Below are positions 15,393 through 29,470 of a DNA stretch of 64,000 nucleotides, piece by piece (positions within the stretch are counted from its first letter, which is position 1; every line of letters starts with the position of its first letter). The notes beneath the pieces were generated by a model. That model saw only the letters and a list, made by a program, of their open reading frames with translations. It searched no databases and was not told where the DNA came from. Both the position numbers and the translations under genes were made by a program. The stretch is from NCBI GenBank assembly GCA_951406725.2, contig OX597822.1:1054001-1118000 (forward strand), given 5' to 3'. This DNA comes from Octopus vulgaris. Its lineage: Eukaryota.

Positions 15393-15731
15393 CGTATATA
15401 ACAAGGAACTAAAGAATTAACTAAGAATGGCCGGTAGCATGAGTTTGGAAAACAAAGATGAAGAAAAGTTTATTAAATGGCAAGATAAATTCTTGATTCG
15501 TTGAAATTGTCTTCGCTCTGAGAGAAGGTAAACAAGCATCAGGTAACGATTGCAAGCGACTTCGAATGGGAAGAAGAGAAAATCTCAAGAATCACCTATT
15601 TCACCGATTCGTCATGGCATTAAAGAAAAGATAGTCATTCTTTTATTTTTCTGGGGACAAGAATATAGCTGCGGCTACTTGTATGTGCTTAGGTAGGTGT
15701 CAACAACACTGCGGTTATATTACCTTGACTG

Positions 15732-16225
15732 AAGGCAGCGAGCTCGCTGAAACGTTAGCACCGGGCGAAATGCTTTGTGGTATTTCGTCTGCCGCTGTGT
15801 TCTAAGTTCAAATTCCGCCGAGGTCGACTTTGCCTTTCATCCTTTCGGGGTCGATTAAATAAGTACCAGTTACGCATTGGGGTCGATATAATCGACTTTA
15901 TCCGTTTGTCTGTCCTTGTTTGTCCTCTCCGTGTTTAGCCCCTTGTGGGTAGTAAAGAAATATATATTACCTTGACTCTAGCAAGCATAATATTTAGACA
16001 TGTAAAGGCTGTGAGCTGGCAAAATCGTTAGCACGTGCGGTAAAATGCTTCGCGGCATTTCGTCTGTCCTTAAGTTCCGAGTTCAAATCCCACCGAGGTC
16101 GACTTTACCCTTCATTCCTTCGTAGTAGATAAAATAAGCGCCAGTTGAGTGCTGGGGTGGGTCGATGTAATCGACTTATCCCCTACCTCGAAATTGCTCG
16201 TCTTGTGGCAAAATTTGAAATCAGT
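15732..16225 (+). mobile_element. Two adjacent SINE family A copies (15732-15962 tail type 1; 16006-16225 tail type 2)
   Basis: Both start aaggc.g.gagct.gc and share the gtcgacttt.cc.ttcat core, then diverge in the 3' tail. Confidence 0.9.
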
Positions 16226-16250
16226 ATTTAAACATATATCAAAACAGCGT

Positions 16251-16540
16251 GAAGGCACGTGGCCTAGTGGTTAGACGTGTTGCACTCACAAGCATGAGAT
16301 TGCGGGTTCGATTCTCAGACCGGCTGTGCGTTGTGTTCTTGAGCAAAACACTTCATTTCACGCTGTTCCATTCCACTCAAATGTAAATCGGGAACCCTGC
16401 AAAGAAATAGTCTTCCAATCAGGGAGAATGTTGGCTTGCTCGCCTAACCAGCGGGCAGGTACCATTCGAGAGCTAAAACGATGCAAAACGCATTCTAACC
16501 AGCGATGTTTAACATCCGATTGTCAGGTCGATCATGCGAT
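16251..16540 (+). mobile_element. tRNA-headed SINE with a family C-type tail and a different middle
   Basis: Head gtggcctagtggttag..gggttcgattctc, then gtgttcttgagcaaaacactt. The tail tgttggcttgctcgcctaaccagcggg..gctaaaac.atgc is shared with family C. Confidence 0.75.
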
Positions 16541-17645
16541 ATTAAAACAGTGCAGAACATTTATGTCCCAGTGTCAATTGCACAAATACGTGACCAGAGA
16601 TAGGAATTTGCACAGTATATGAAAGTTAGCAATGTGTATTTATTCGCTGTTACGGTGGTCTGATAAAGTGGAAACGACAGAGAGTAATATATTTATCACA
16701 GCGTAGTGTATTAATCGTCTCACATATGAGCTGGGTTTTTTTTTTTACATCGTGTTAACTGGTAAGTAGGAAATGAAGGAGAGAATTAAAACGAAAATGT
16801 TGGGTTAGAGTTATTTAATTTACTTGAAGATAAATAGAATACAGAAACAATCATAAACCACGTGCATGATAATTCCCGGATATGGTGGAACGCTTCAACA
16901 GCAAGATAACCTCGTAGAGGTGGTCAGCGGATGCTTCATACATTCCAACATCAGGCGTGCCTATCCAGGTTATACAGATGGGTGGATCAGGACCAAATTT
17001 GCACCCCTGCAGTTCCAGTCTGTGGATCAAGCTAACTTTTGAATAAAACATTTTATCCAAAGCAATCGTTGTCTGTGCCTGCGACTTTATTCGCAGAGTG
17101 AATGATTCAATTGTTTTCTCTCCCGAGTAAAGTCCAGTCAGTTGAGTACTTTTTAGAGAGAGCCTACTGCTAATCCTACAGTCTACCACTATTAACTTAT
17201 ATTTCTCGTACCCTCTGGTAAAAATCAAAAATTTCTCCATGAATTCCTGATACTTTGCGCATTGCCTCATATTCACTCCATTCATATGCTCGTTCTTAAT
17301 AACATTGTAAGTTCCGGCATAGTCATTTTGTTGTTGCTTTTACTTCAGATGTGATGATTATTTTGCTGATAGTAGATTCCTCATGAATGAATATGCAAAA
17401 CAACGAAATCATTTATGGAACTTGTAGACTTACGGTGACTATTGTGATAACGTCTGGAATAATGATAATTACATGTAAATAATAAGACAACAATATTTCA
17501 TATAAATATAGTATCATCATTTTTAATTAAATGTTTATAACAATCATTAAAATGTTCAGTGAACCGGACGAGTAAAAATGTTATAAGTGAAAAAGCTGTT
17601 TCTATTTTATCATTTTTGGCGAACGGTTTACAAAACAAGAGTAAT

Positions 17646-17719
<74 letters not shown>

Positions 17720-17814
17720 TTTCCATGTATATATATATATGTGTGTGTGTTTCTATGTATATGTATATAATTAAAATGGCAATGTTGATGTATGCATATA
17801 CCCACACACTCACA

Positions 17815-17897
<83 letters not shown>

Positions 17898-18790
17898 ATA
17901 TATATATATACACACACACACATATATATATACATATATATTTATAAACACATGAATATGTATTGCTCAACATACATGCGTGCATACACACACAAACATA
18001 TATATATGCATATTTATATACTTATATTCCAATATATGTATATTCATATATACAAATACAAACATGCATATATATATATGTGTGTGTGTGTGTGAATGCA
18101 TACGTGCGCACACGAACACACAATCAGACACATACATATTGTGTGTGTGTGTATGTATAACTGCGTATACGTTTTTGTGTGCGCCCCTATGAGGACCATG
18201 CACTCCATCTGTGCCGCCATCTGCTCTTCGTCTTATCGTCAGTTGTTCATCCAACCATCCCTTCACAAAACAGTCCAAACCCGCCCCACACCGCACTACA
18301 CAATATACCACACGCCTTTTCTAGCTCTTATCTCTATCTTCTCTCAGTTTCTTCCTCCCCCTTCCCCCCCACTATCTCTTTCTTATAAATTTGTCTCTTC
18401 TATCTGGAAATCGCTCAGTGTTTATAGATTTCTGTGGAGGAATTGAAAATGACTGCCTTCAGCACTCACCGGCGGCTTTATCTTGCTTTTATTTATTATA
18501 ATCTATCCCACCACTCCGCTGCCTTTTTTGTAAATTGGGGAACGTGCATATATACAAATATGCAAACGTAACATATATTTGCATAAAGTCAAGTTAACAA
18601 GCTCACATATACACGGTTAGCGTAATTAATGTACATACACTGGAAAACATGTACAGAATCAATTAGCTATACATACGGTACACGTTTATCAAACATTGTT
18701 CAATGAAAAGGGTCTATAATTATATGCATACAATATAAGTGTTTATGTATGTATGTATGTATGTATGTATATATGTATGCATATATATAC

Positions 18791-19551
18791 AACAAATAAT
18801 ATAGGTGGCCTATTAGCAATTTAACCACCTAAAAGCAAGTTAATAGAGGTCATAGAAGTGACAGAGGGTACTAATTCGTACCAGTATTGCTTGAAATAAG
18901 AGTCAAATCAACTCAAAAGCCACAAAGCACCATTTTAATTACTGATAAGGGGAGGTAAGCCCTTAGCGGATGTAGCCAAATCGACGATTTCTGATTTTGA
19001 TGCAGAGTATCTTAATCCTTTTCAATGACTTTTACCACACCCAGGCTTAGACTCAAATCTCTCTGTCACTCTTATAAGAAAACCGTTGAAACACGCGCTG
19101 ATCTCAAAACAGTAAAAGTGTAAGCAATAAATAATATGGGAGGCTTATTAGCAATTTAACAACCTGAAGGCAAATTAATAGATGTCCCTAAAGTGACAAA
19201 GTGTACTAATTAGTACTAGTATTGCTAGAAATAAGAGTCAAAACAACTCGAAAGCCACAAAGCACTATCTTAATGAATGACCGTTTTGAAATCATCGTAT
19301 GTGTTTCAACGGTTTTCTTATAAGACTTACAGAGAAAGTTGAGTTTAACCCTGAGTGCAGTAAGAGTCACTGATGAAGATTAAGTTACTCAGCATCTAAT
19401 TCTGAAATCGTCGATTTGACTATATCCGCTAGGGGCTTACCTCCCCTTGTCAGTCATTAAGATAGTGCTTTGAGGCTTTTGAGTTGTTTTGACTCTTATT
19501 TCTAGCAATACTGGTACTAATTAGTACCGTCAGTAACTTTAGTGACCTCTA

Positions 19552-19555
<4 letters not shown>
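18791..19555. repeat. 335-bp tandem unit (about 1.5 copies) plus an inverted copy, hammerhead-bearing (retrozyme-like or PLE pseudo-LTR)
   Basis: Unit starts at 18791 and 19126. 19281-19555 is the reverse complement of about 18840-19113. No ORF. Confidence 0.85.
19365..19421 (+). ncRNA. Type I hammerhead ribozyme
   Basis: Stem I AGTCA/TGACT, core CTGATGA (19370-19376), stem II AGATTA..TAATTCT with one bulge, GAAA (19404-19407), palindromic stem III ATCG-T-CGAT, predicted cleavage triplet AUU. A decayed antisense copy lies at 18974-19030. Confidence 0.75.
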
Positions 19556-19597
<42 letters not shown>

Positions 19598-19943
19598 ATC
19601 TTTTTTCAAAAACCAAAGCTAAAAAAGTTTTTTTATATATACACATGCTGACATATGACCTACGTTGGTCTCCTTATTCGCATAATCACCGAACCTGGAG
19701 CTTAACTATGGTCTATCCATAGCACTTACTCAGCCCATTACCTGACACCTTCGGTCTTATATATATATAAATTCTTGTTTTATGTTAAGTTACATATTAA
19801 AAAACAATTTAAAGTGTAAGAAAGCCGAATCGTCGAAACCTCTATCCAAGTTTTATTTTTTCTATACATAGATACATACATAATACAATGCAAACGTAGA
19901 TACATACCTCTCATACAAACTTGCATACGTACATGCATACCTG

Positions 19944-19989
<46 letters not shown>

Positions 19990-20399
19990 AGAGAGATAAA
20001 GAGAAAGATAGAGACAGAGATTAAAGATGTATATATGTATATCATAGTATATGTGTATTTGAGTGAGATGTGATGCGATATTTTGAGTGTGTAACTCTCT
20101 GTTTAAGGAAGATTCAGATTTTGAGTTACCTAAATCTTACTAAAAAAACTCAAACATTAATTTCAAATAAAACCTTATCTGCTTATTTATCACCAAAAGA
20201 CCTTTAACAGAAATCATACACCCAGAAAAATATAGTTTTCTACTTGATTTAAGCAGCAAAAATAAAAAAGACATTTGGTCCACATTTTTACCAAGAGACA
20301 TGTTGAAATAACTGTTATTTTGGGGGAATTTACTGTCACCTTTAACCCATTATACGCTTCATATACTTCTTCATTCGTCTGAAATCACTGGAATGGATG

Positions 20400-21330
20400 C
20401 CAAAAAGCCTGCGACTTTATTGATGATTGGTAGTACGCCATGTTAATCGTGTAAACTGTTTCCACATTACCAGCTCAGCGCAGTGGTCTTTTTCTCTGAA
20501 CTTGATGGATGGTGTCTGATACTCTTCAAGGAAGATTCCCTTCTCTCAAGATCAGAAAAGCAGACGATAATAAAATAATGCTCATTTGAATCATCGGACA
20601 GACGATAATATTCACTGGGGTTACTAAATATGGTTGAATCTTTTAAAAGCAGAAAAAGCTATTAAATCGCGATTTCCTTTCTACAGAAACCTTATCCAGA
20701 CTAAAATAATAGGTAAATATATGATTGAATACTTTGGCAGTTTGGTCATGAAGCACTTTCATTACTGATTCATCAAAACACCTATGGGGAGCCATTTTTT
20801 CTTCAGTGGAGCCTTTATTTTTTGGGAGCAGAATTGCATCTCCTGTATGATTTCTTTTTCAGATTACGGAATATTTTATTAGAACTGGAAACACATTGCA
20901 GGTTAATGTATTCGTTGAGAAAGTTCAGTAACATAAAGGCATAGCTATTGGAATTATTATTTTTTGTTCAGGTGTTGACACCACACTCATTCCTGGGGCT
21001 TATAAAGCATAGTATCATTTCAATTTTCCCCTTAGTCTTAGACATGCGCACTTCTTGCTTGCAACATTGGCAGGAATTAGAGAACGGGAGAAGAAATAAC
21101 GAATGATTATTCTGGATAAATGGAAAGTATTATACACAAAAGCTCTTGAGACCATTGACAGGAAATTACAGAACTAGCGTGAGGATTGATCGAATAGTGA
21201 AGCTGTTGTCAGACGACTTCAGTCAGATCCTGCCATTGATCCTAAAAGAAACGAAAATCCGTGCTTGCCTTTGATTGCCATCAATTTAGGCAAAAACTTA
21301 AAACTTTCAAAATTGCAACAAATACTGATC
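20400..21330 (+). pseudogene. Decayed Helitron RepHel (PIF1-type helicase) region
   Basis: Ordered degenerate motifs: RTGNTLQVN..KVQ*HKGIAI (GTGKTF, 20881), SGVDTTLIPG..FNFPL (SSGIAATLLPGGRTAHS.FKLPL), IILDKWKVLYTKALETIDRKLQN (IIWDE..ALEALDR.L), LLSDDFSQILP..RACL (GDFRQILPV..ACL). Confidence 0.75.
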
Positions 21331-21654
21331 AACTGGCTTGTGAGGCTTGCCAAGAATTTGGTACGAGTAAGAGATGAAAGCTTCCTACTTCTCCATTAAC
21401 AAAACAGGTGGATTGCTTTTCAACCTGCAACATCATTGCATCATTCGAAAGAAGTCTTGCGAAAGATCAAGACCAGAAATAGTAGAGTTAATAACATCAA
21501 CTAACAACTGTTACTGGAAATTCTAAGAATTAGCAATTCTTATAAACTAACAGATAAGGAAGAAAGGGTTCGCTATACTGAAGAACCTTCAGGCCAATCG
21601 CCACATGGCATGATTCTGTAGGAAGAATAATCAATAAAGAAGTACAATTTTGTA

Positions 21655-22075
21655 CTCTGGGCACAAAGCCCGAATTTTTTTTTTTGGAGGGGAGAGGGGC
21701 AGTCGATTAGACTTTATTTATCGACCACGAAAGAATGAAAGGCAAAGTCAACCTCGGCGGAATTTGAACTCAGAATGTAAAGATAGTCGAAATACCGCTA
21801 AGCATTCGTCCGTCGTGCTATCGTTTCTGCCAGCTCGCCGCCTTATATATATCACTACATTCTTTTCTACCCTAGGCACAAGGCCCGAAATTTTGCAGGA
21901 GGGGGTCAGCCGATTAGATCGACCCCAGTGCACAACTGGCACTTAATTTATCGCCCTCGAAAGGATGAAAGGCAAAGTCGACCTCGGCGGAATTTAAACT
22001 CAGAACGCAAAGACAGACGAAATATCGCTAAGCATTTCGCCCGGCTTGCTAAAGTTTCTGCCAGCTCGCCGCCTT
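21655..22075 (-). mobile_element. Two tandem SINE family A copies (21655-21845, 21860-22075)
   Basis: Both contain gaaaggcaaagtc.acctcggcggaattt.aactcagaa and end ctgccagctcgccgcctta. Confidence 0.9.
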
Positions 22076-22269
22076 ATATATGATATTACTATATTACTAA
22101 TAAAGAATTCGACGGTGTGTTGAGCACAACTCACAGGAAAACAATTTCATTTTCTCTTTTTTGCATAAAAGATTATAACCAAAATAAATCCAGTAATTTT
22201 CTGTCACACAGAAAATATTGACGCATTTGCATAAAGCCGGGTACATTGGCAGTCTCTCTCTCTTTCTCC

Positions 22270-22339
<70 letters not shown>

Positions 22340-22349
22340 GATTCTTTTG

Positions 22350-22755
22350 TTCTTTTACTTGTCTTGTTACAGTCATTTGATTGCGGCTATGCTGGAGCAC
22401 CGCCTAAAAGGGATTTCAGTCGAAAAAAATCGATCCCAGGACTTATTTCTGAAACATAGCACTGATTCTATTCGTCATTTCTGATGAACATCTTAGTTAC
22501 GGGGACATAAACACACCAACACCGGTTGTCAACCAGTGATGAGGGTGGGGGGAAAACACAGGCACAAAAGCACTCACACGTAGATATATGCACACATGTG
22601 TATATACGACGAGCTTCAGTTTCAGTGCACCAAATGCACTCACTAGGAATTGTACGACCCGAGACTTTGATAGAAGACACTTGGCCAAGGGACTGAACCC
22701 AGAATCATGTGGCAGGGAAGCAAGCTTCTTGCCACCCAGTCACGCCTGCGCCTAC
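22350..22755 (-). mobile_element. SINE family B, diverged
   Basis: cagtcatttga.tgcggc.atgctggagcaccgcc..gggactgaaccc.gaa.catgtgg. Confidence 0.8.
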
Positions 22756-22759
22756 ACAC

Positions 22760-22794
<35 letters not shown>

Positions 22795-23614
22795 TATAAT
22801 TTATAAGTAAGGGCAAAAGAAAAGATTTCTAATGCCAAAATATGCCGAAAATAGACACTACTTCAATAACCATGTAATTTATCACTAAAAGCAGATATAT
22901 ATATATATATCCTTTAAAATTGTGTAGGGTAAATGCCCCTGAATGAGTATACATACAAACATACACACACACACAGTAAAGATGCAATGGCTTAGTATTT
23001 GTTTGGTTCCTTATTTGTCAGCCCCAGAATAATAAATTTTGAATTCTCGGCTTTGTGTGACTCGATCTCGCAATACGTAAAGAGGGACCAGTAACCGAAA
23101 GTGTTTTATTTGAATGTTTCCATTCTGCCAATAGGCAATCTTTCTTCTCTATGGCTACCTGCTCATTCCTCTGTCTTAACCCCCGCCGGCTATAAAACCT
23201 GGCTCTTATCTTATCTTGTAATCTCCCCTCTTTCGCTCTTTTTTTTTTTTTTACCTCAGTTTATATATTTTTAAAATTCATTTTGTTTCTTTATCAACTC
23301 TCAATTGTTTGTTTTAATTTTTTTCTTTTATTTATTTATTTTTCTTTTATTTAATTTTGATATGTTGTTGAAAGACATTTGGAGCAGAAGAAGAGGAGGT
23401 GAAACAGAAAAGCAGAAGAATAAAATGATGAAGAGAGTGATGGAGAAGAAAATTTGCGATGATTGAAAAATAGTCTGAAAACGAAAACGCAGAAGATAAA
23501 GAACAAAAACGAAGAAAAGGAAAAAAAGAAAAGAAATATATAAAAGGAGAACGAGAAGTGACCTACTCTCCCTCATTCAGTCACACACGCGCGTTTACAC
23601 GCACAGACACACAG

Positions 23615-23645
<31 letters not shown>

Positions 23646-23739
23646 GATATGTAAACATATATATGAATGCACATAATCACGTATACAAGAACATACACTC
23701 ATACACTTGCCGACACATACACATACATCATATACATGC

Positions 23740-23771
<32 letters not shown>

Positions 23772-23773
23772 GT

Positions 23774-23814
<41 letters not shown>

Positions 23815-23925
23815 AATAGATAGATAGATAGATAGATGGATGGATGGATGGATGGGTAGATAGATAAATCGAGCACTCAAGCAGTTTATAAGCGCACAGA
23901 GATCCACAAATACGTAAACTCATTA

Positions 23926-23963
<38 letters not shown>

Positions 23964-24781
23964 CGCACACGTGTCTATGTATATACCAATAGACGCACAC
24001 ATACGCGCACACGCATTCAAATACTCCATATGACAACAAAAGATGGCTAAGACTTCAGTTAATCTGTTGTTGCATCAATCAGTCTGGTCTGTATTTAAGC
24101 ATAAACCACCTCTTTCTGCCACCACCATACCCTCCACCTCCATCCCTGCCGCCTCCTCTTCCTCTCCTTCCTCCAAAACCACTGCAACACTACCTCTACC
24201 ACCACCACCAAAACCCATTTCCACTTCTACAACCACCGCATTTACCAATACGTCCCTAACACTATCATTTCACGACGACCACCACTACAACCATCACAAC
24301 CACTACTACTGCTGCTGCTGCTTTTGCTGCGACTACTGTTACTGCTGCTGCTGCTGCTACTACTACTACTACTTTCACCGCCGCCATCACCTCCACCATG
24401 TTTGCCACTTTACTTTCTCTTATCATCCTATCAAGTCCCACTTCACGACGGCATAATGATATTTCTTCTCTATCGACCACCCCTACCTGCATTTTGCCCC
24501 AATCAGTTCAATCGCACACCGCCACCCTCCTGCCTACCCTCTACCTTAATCAATTCTTCAATCTTTGGCCCCTTCTCCAACCCACTCCCTTGTATCTCCT
24601 CGGCCCTTGGGTAAACTGTTAATTGCTATCTACATTAACACCAATCTATGAACAGGATCCTGGTTTAGTTCATTTCTGATCTGAATATACATAAATATAT
24701 ATAAATATTTTTTTTATGTGTGTGTGTTTGTGTGTGTGTGTAAGTGGTTATAATTTTTTTTTAGAAATTCTATATCCCCGT

Positions 24782-24829
24782 AACTGTCTGATGAACATTT
24801 ATGTGAAACCGTGAAACTGAATAACAGTT
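24782..24829 (+). ncRNA. Hammerhead-like motif with disrupted stem III
   Basis: AACTGT-CTGATGA-ACAT(TT)ATGT-GAAAC..ATA-ACAGTT. Stems I and II are perfect; stem III does not pair. Confidence 0.55.
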
Positions 24830-25439
24830 TGTGACGTTTTATCGAATAAAATAGTATTTTGTTGCTGATGTTTCCTTTCTTCGGCAGAAGGCGTCTGGAT
24901 TTTACCGAGCTAAAGATCGTGAATGTGCAGTTGATTAGCTCCTGAAAGTCCTTCAGGATCCACCAGTCCCTTCAGGATATTATGTCACTCTGATGTTTGA
25001 GAGACTCTCAGACTAAAGATGGTGTAGAATGAATGAATCGACCCCCGTACTTAATTTTTAAAAAACTGGTTCTTATTCTTTCGGTTTCTTTCGCCGGACG
25101 GTGACGTAAACACATCAGCAACCGGATTCGTCTTTATTAGTCGAAAGAAACCTGATGTTGTTTTCTTGTTGTTTGTATTTGTAATAGTGTAACATATTCC
25201 CCGTTTTGTCTTTGTTGTCGTACACATTCGCTTGTTGTCTCCCTCCAAATTTAATGTTCTAAGCTTAGATTTTTGGGGGCAACCAGATTTGAACGGTTTC
25301 AAGTAATTGTAAGAATAATTTAGTAACTTGACTGATAAGAGAAGGCAGTGAATGACCCGTCCCTGTTTTTCCTGTCCGTCTTCACATCATCTATGTCCGG
25401 ATGTTTTATTGTGTTGCTTTCTTGTTCCATTTTCCGGAC

Positions 25440-26240
<801 letters not shown>

Positions 26241-26864
26241 TAACCCTACATTAAACTACAGGAATGCCCGCCACGCGCGCGCAGTTAATTATGAACATCG
26301 CTACAGATTGCTATTAGACTTTTGTGTTTGTGTGCGTATGATTATATGTGTGCATGTGTGTTTGTGAATATGTACGTAGAATCAAATGCTTAGCTGTCTC
26401 ATAACCGGTGAAATATCTCTATACTAAAATGGCTATAGACAAGATTCTATTTAAATACAATGTTGGTGTCTACTGAAAACACTGAAGATACGAAGACGAA
26501 AAAACAAAAACGCGTCACGTGTATTTGTAAGAGAAATCATAAAATTATGACGTCATAATAGACGTGAATCAAATTTTTCAATAGAAATGAAATTTATCAT
26601 CTTTTTTTTTACCTGCCTTTAATTATATATAAATATGTTTATGCATGTATGCATGTATTTTCGTCTGCCGTTACGTTCTGAATTCAAATTCCGCCGAGGT
26701 CGACTTTGCCTTTCATCCTTTCGGGTCGATAAATACAGTACCAGTTTCGCACTGGGGTCGATGTAATCGACTTAATCCCTTTGTCTGTCCTTGTTTGTGT
26801 CTTCTATGCTTAGCCCCTTGTGGGTAATAAAGAAAAGAAAAAAAAATATATATATATATAACTG

Positions 26865-27102
26865 GCACTCCACAGGCACGAGTACCCTTAATCTGGTTCT
26901 CAGAGAGATTTAGTAGGACACAGAATGTGACATGGCCGCTCTTTTGGATTACAGGTACTACTCATTTTTGATAGCCGAGCGAACTGGAGCAATGTGGAAT
27001 AAATTGTCTTGCCCACGGAAACAACAAGGCGCTGCCGGATTTCGAACTCACGACCTTACAGTCAAGAGACAAATACACTAACCACTAAGTCTGACGCCTT
27101 CA
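26865..27102 (-). mobile_element. tRNA-headed SINE, family D
   Basis: Minus strand GAAGGCGTCAGACTTAGTGGTTAGTGTATT..GGTCGTGAGTTCGAAATCCGGC, then GGGCAAGACAATTTATTCCACATTGCTCCAG. Confidence 0.65.
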
Positions 27103-27105
27103 TGC

Positions 27106-27138
<33 letters not shown>

Positions 27139-27368
27139 TATGTATTATATATTTCTTACATACATACATACATACATACAAACGTAACATATAGGATACA
27201 TATATATTATATATATATGCACATATATAAACATTAGCATTCGCACATATATACACACATATATACAAATATGCATATATTCATGTGTAAATATATATAT
27301 ATATATTCATATATACATATATATATATATATATATACATATATACATATATATATACATATATATAT

Positions 27369-27404
<36 letters not shown>

Positions 27405-27422
27405 TTATATATATATATATAC

Positions 27423-27476
<54 letters not shown>

Positions 27477-27535
27477 TTATATATATATATATATACATAT
27501 TATATATATATATACATTTATATATATATATATAC

Positions 27536-27575
<40 letters not shown>

Positions 27576-27713
27576 CATCTATTCGCATCCATACATCTTG
27601 TATCAGTCTTACGCAAAAGCTGTCACTCGCGCACTCGTCACTCAGTAACTTTCTGCAAGCCTTTACCCGCCTCACACCACCCTATCATTCTCCTTCCCCC
27701 CTCGTTATCTTCA

Positions 27714-27753
<40 letters not shown>

Positions 27754-27974
27754 CCCTCTCTCTCTATCCAGTCTGCCGTTTCCCCGACCACCTTCAGCCT
27801 ATCTATTAATCTCCGATGCCTGAAACGGGACTGCAGATGGCCCCTTATCACGTCATCTCTGTTGGCTGTCCTGTCCAGAGACACAACTGCAGGTCCTCCT
27901 AGCCATCCAAGTGTCATATTAATGCGATCCACTCGTCGAGATGCAGGGCAATGCTTCACGGTCTTCGTGAGGTA

Positions 27975-28153
27975 CAGTAGTAGTAGTAGTAGTAGTAACA
28001 GCAGTAGCAGCTGTAGTAACAACAGCAGTAACAGTAGTAGTAGCAGTGATGACCGAAGTATTAAGAGTAATATGGTATCGTTGATGCCTGTGGTGATTGT
28101 AATAGTAGTAGTAGTAGTAGAAGCAGTAGCAGCAACTGTAGTAGTAGTAGTAT

Positions 28154-28203
<50 letters not shown>

Positions 28204-28259
28204 TAAGCAGTAGCAGCAGCTGTAGTAGTAGTAGTAGTAGTAGTAGTAGAAACAGCAGC

Positions 28260-28302
<43 letters not shown>
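27975..28302. repeat. (TAG/CAG)n trinucleotide repeat (similar tracts at 17648-17720, 3137-3180, 24283-24372)
   Basis: Read directly from the sequence. Source of the poly-S/T/V/L ORFs. Confidence 0.95.
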
Positions 28303-29249
28303 TGTAAGGTGTGTTTCTGTGTATGCATGTGTGTGTGTGCATGTGTTTGTATGTGTGTACGTGTGTGAGCGTGTGTTTGTATGTGTGCCTCAGTGTGTAT
28401 GAACGCGTGCATGAGTGAACGTGTGTGAGCGTGCGTTTATATGTGTGTGTGTGTGAGTGTGAGTGTGAGCGCGCGCGCGTGTGTGTGTGTGTGTGTGTGT
28501 GTGTTCGTTTGTGAGTGCGCGCATGCTGGCATGACTGAGTACTTTGAGAGTTCGCCTCGCACAGGTAGTGTCATGGGTTCGATTATAGTACGTGACATCA
28601 TGCGGAATTAACTTTTACATAGCCAAGGGTCGATCCAAGTCATGTGAGTTATGCTGCGTTCGCAGAAACCATATGGAAACTCGTCAGATTCTATCTAAAA
28701 TTGTATTGGTTCTGATAAAAAACAAATCATTCCATCCCCTATTTTTGCATGAAGTATGCTATATTTGCATGAAAGTCATACGAAGTTATCCAAAGTGTCC
28801 TTTTTCTATGAACACGTGGTTTGATTCGTGAGAAATTTTGCAAATGTTTATAGTAGGGAACCACTCTTATTCGTTTGCAAGCACAAGTGTGTGTGGTATA
28901 CTCAACCGTTTACGCTTCAATTTGTACACTTGATCTATAAACTAGCACACTTCTCGTAAAAATAGTCGAAGGTGACTCATTTAATGTTCAGTCAACAAGG
29001 GAAAGGTGGCGCCCAAGACCTTTTATTTTCAAGGTTCCGAGACAGGTGTGAAAGAAAGAAGGATATTATACTCACACTGGAGACAAGGTTTAAATGCAGT
29101 GGAATAGATAACTGTCAAGGTATCCAATGTGCCAGGTCAGGTGGTGGTGTTAAACACGGTAACATGTACGTGTATGTGTGCGAATATATATACAGGGATT
29201 ACCATAAATCGCTTCCCCCCCATTTCTTTATCATTATTAGAAATAAGGT

Positions 29250-29470
29250 AGGCGGCGAGCTGGCAGAATCGTTAGCACGCCGGTGAAACGCTTAGCTGTA
29301 TTTCGCCTGCTGCTACGTTCTGAGTTCAAATTTCGCCGTGGTCGACCTTACCCTTCATCCTTTCGGGGTCGATGAAGTATGTACCTGTTACGCACTAGAG
29401 TCGATATAATCGACTAGCCCCCTTCCCTCAAAATTTTCAAGGCCTTGTGCCTAAAGTAAAAAGGATAATT
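29250..29470 (+). mobile_element. SINE family A, tail type 2
   Basis: aggcggcgagctggcagaatcgttagcacgccgg..gttctgagttcaaatt..ggccttgtgcctaaagta. Confidence 0.9.

Noticed and set aside
16851-17285. 144-aa minus-strand ORF in non-microsatellite sequence
   Set aside because: No motif I can recognise with confidence. It may be a decayed transposon ORF; a profile search is needed.
26478-26523. CTGAAGA..AAACGCGTC hammerhead-like string
   Set aside because: No stem II, the G of GAAA is missing, and stem I is out of register.
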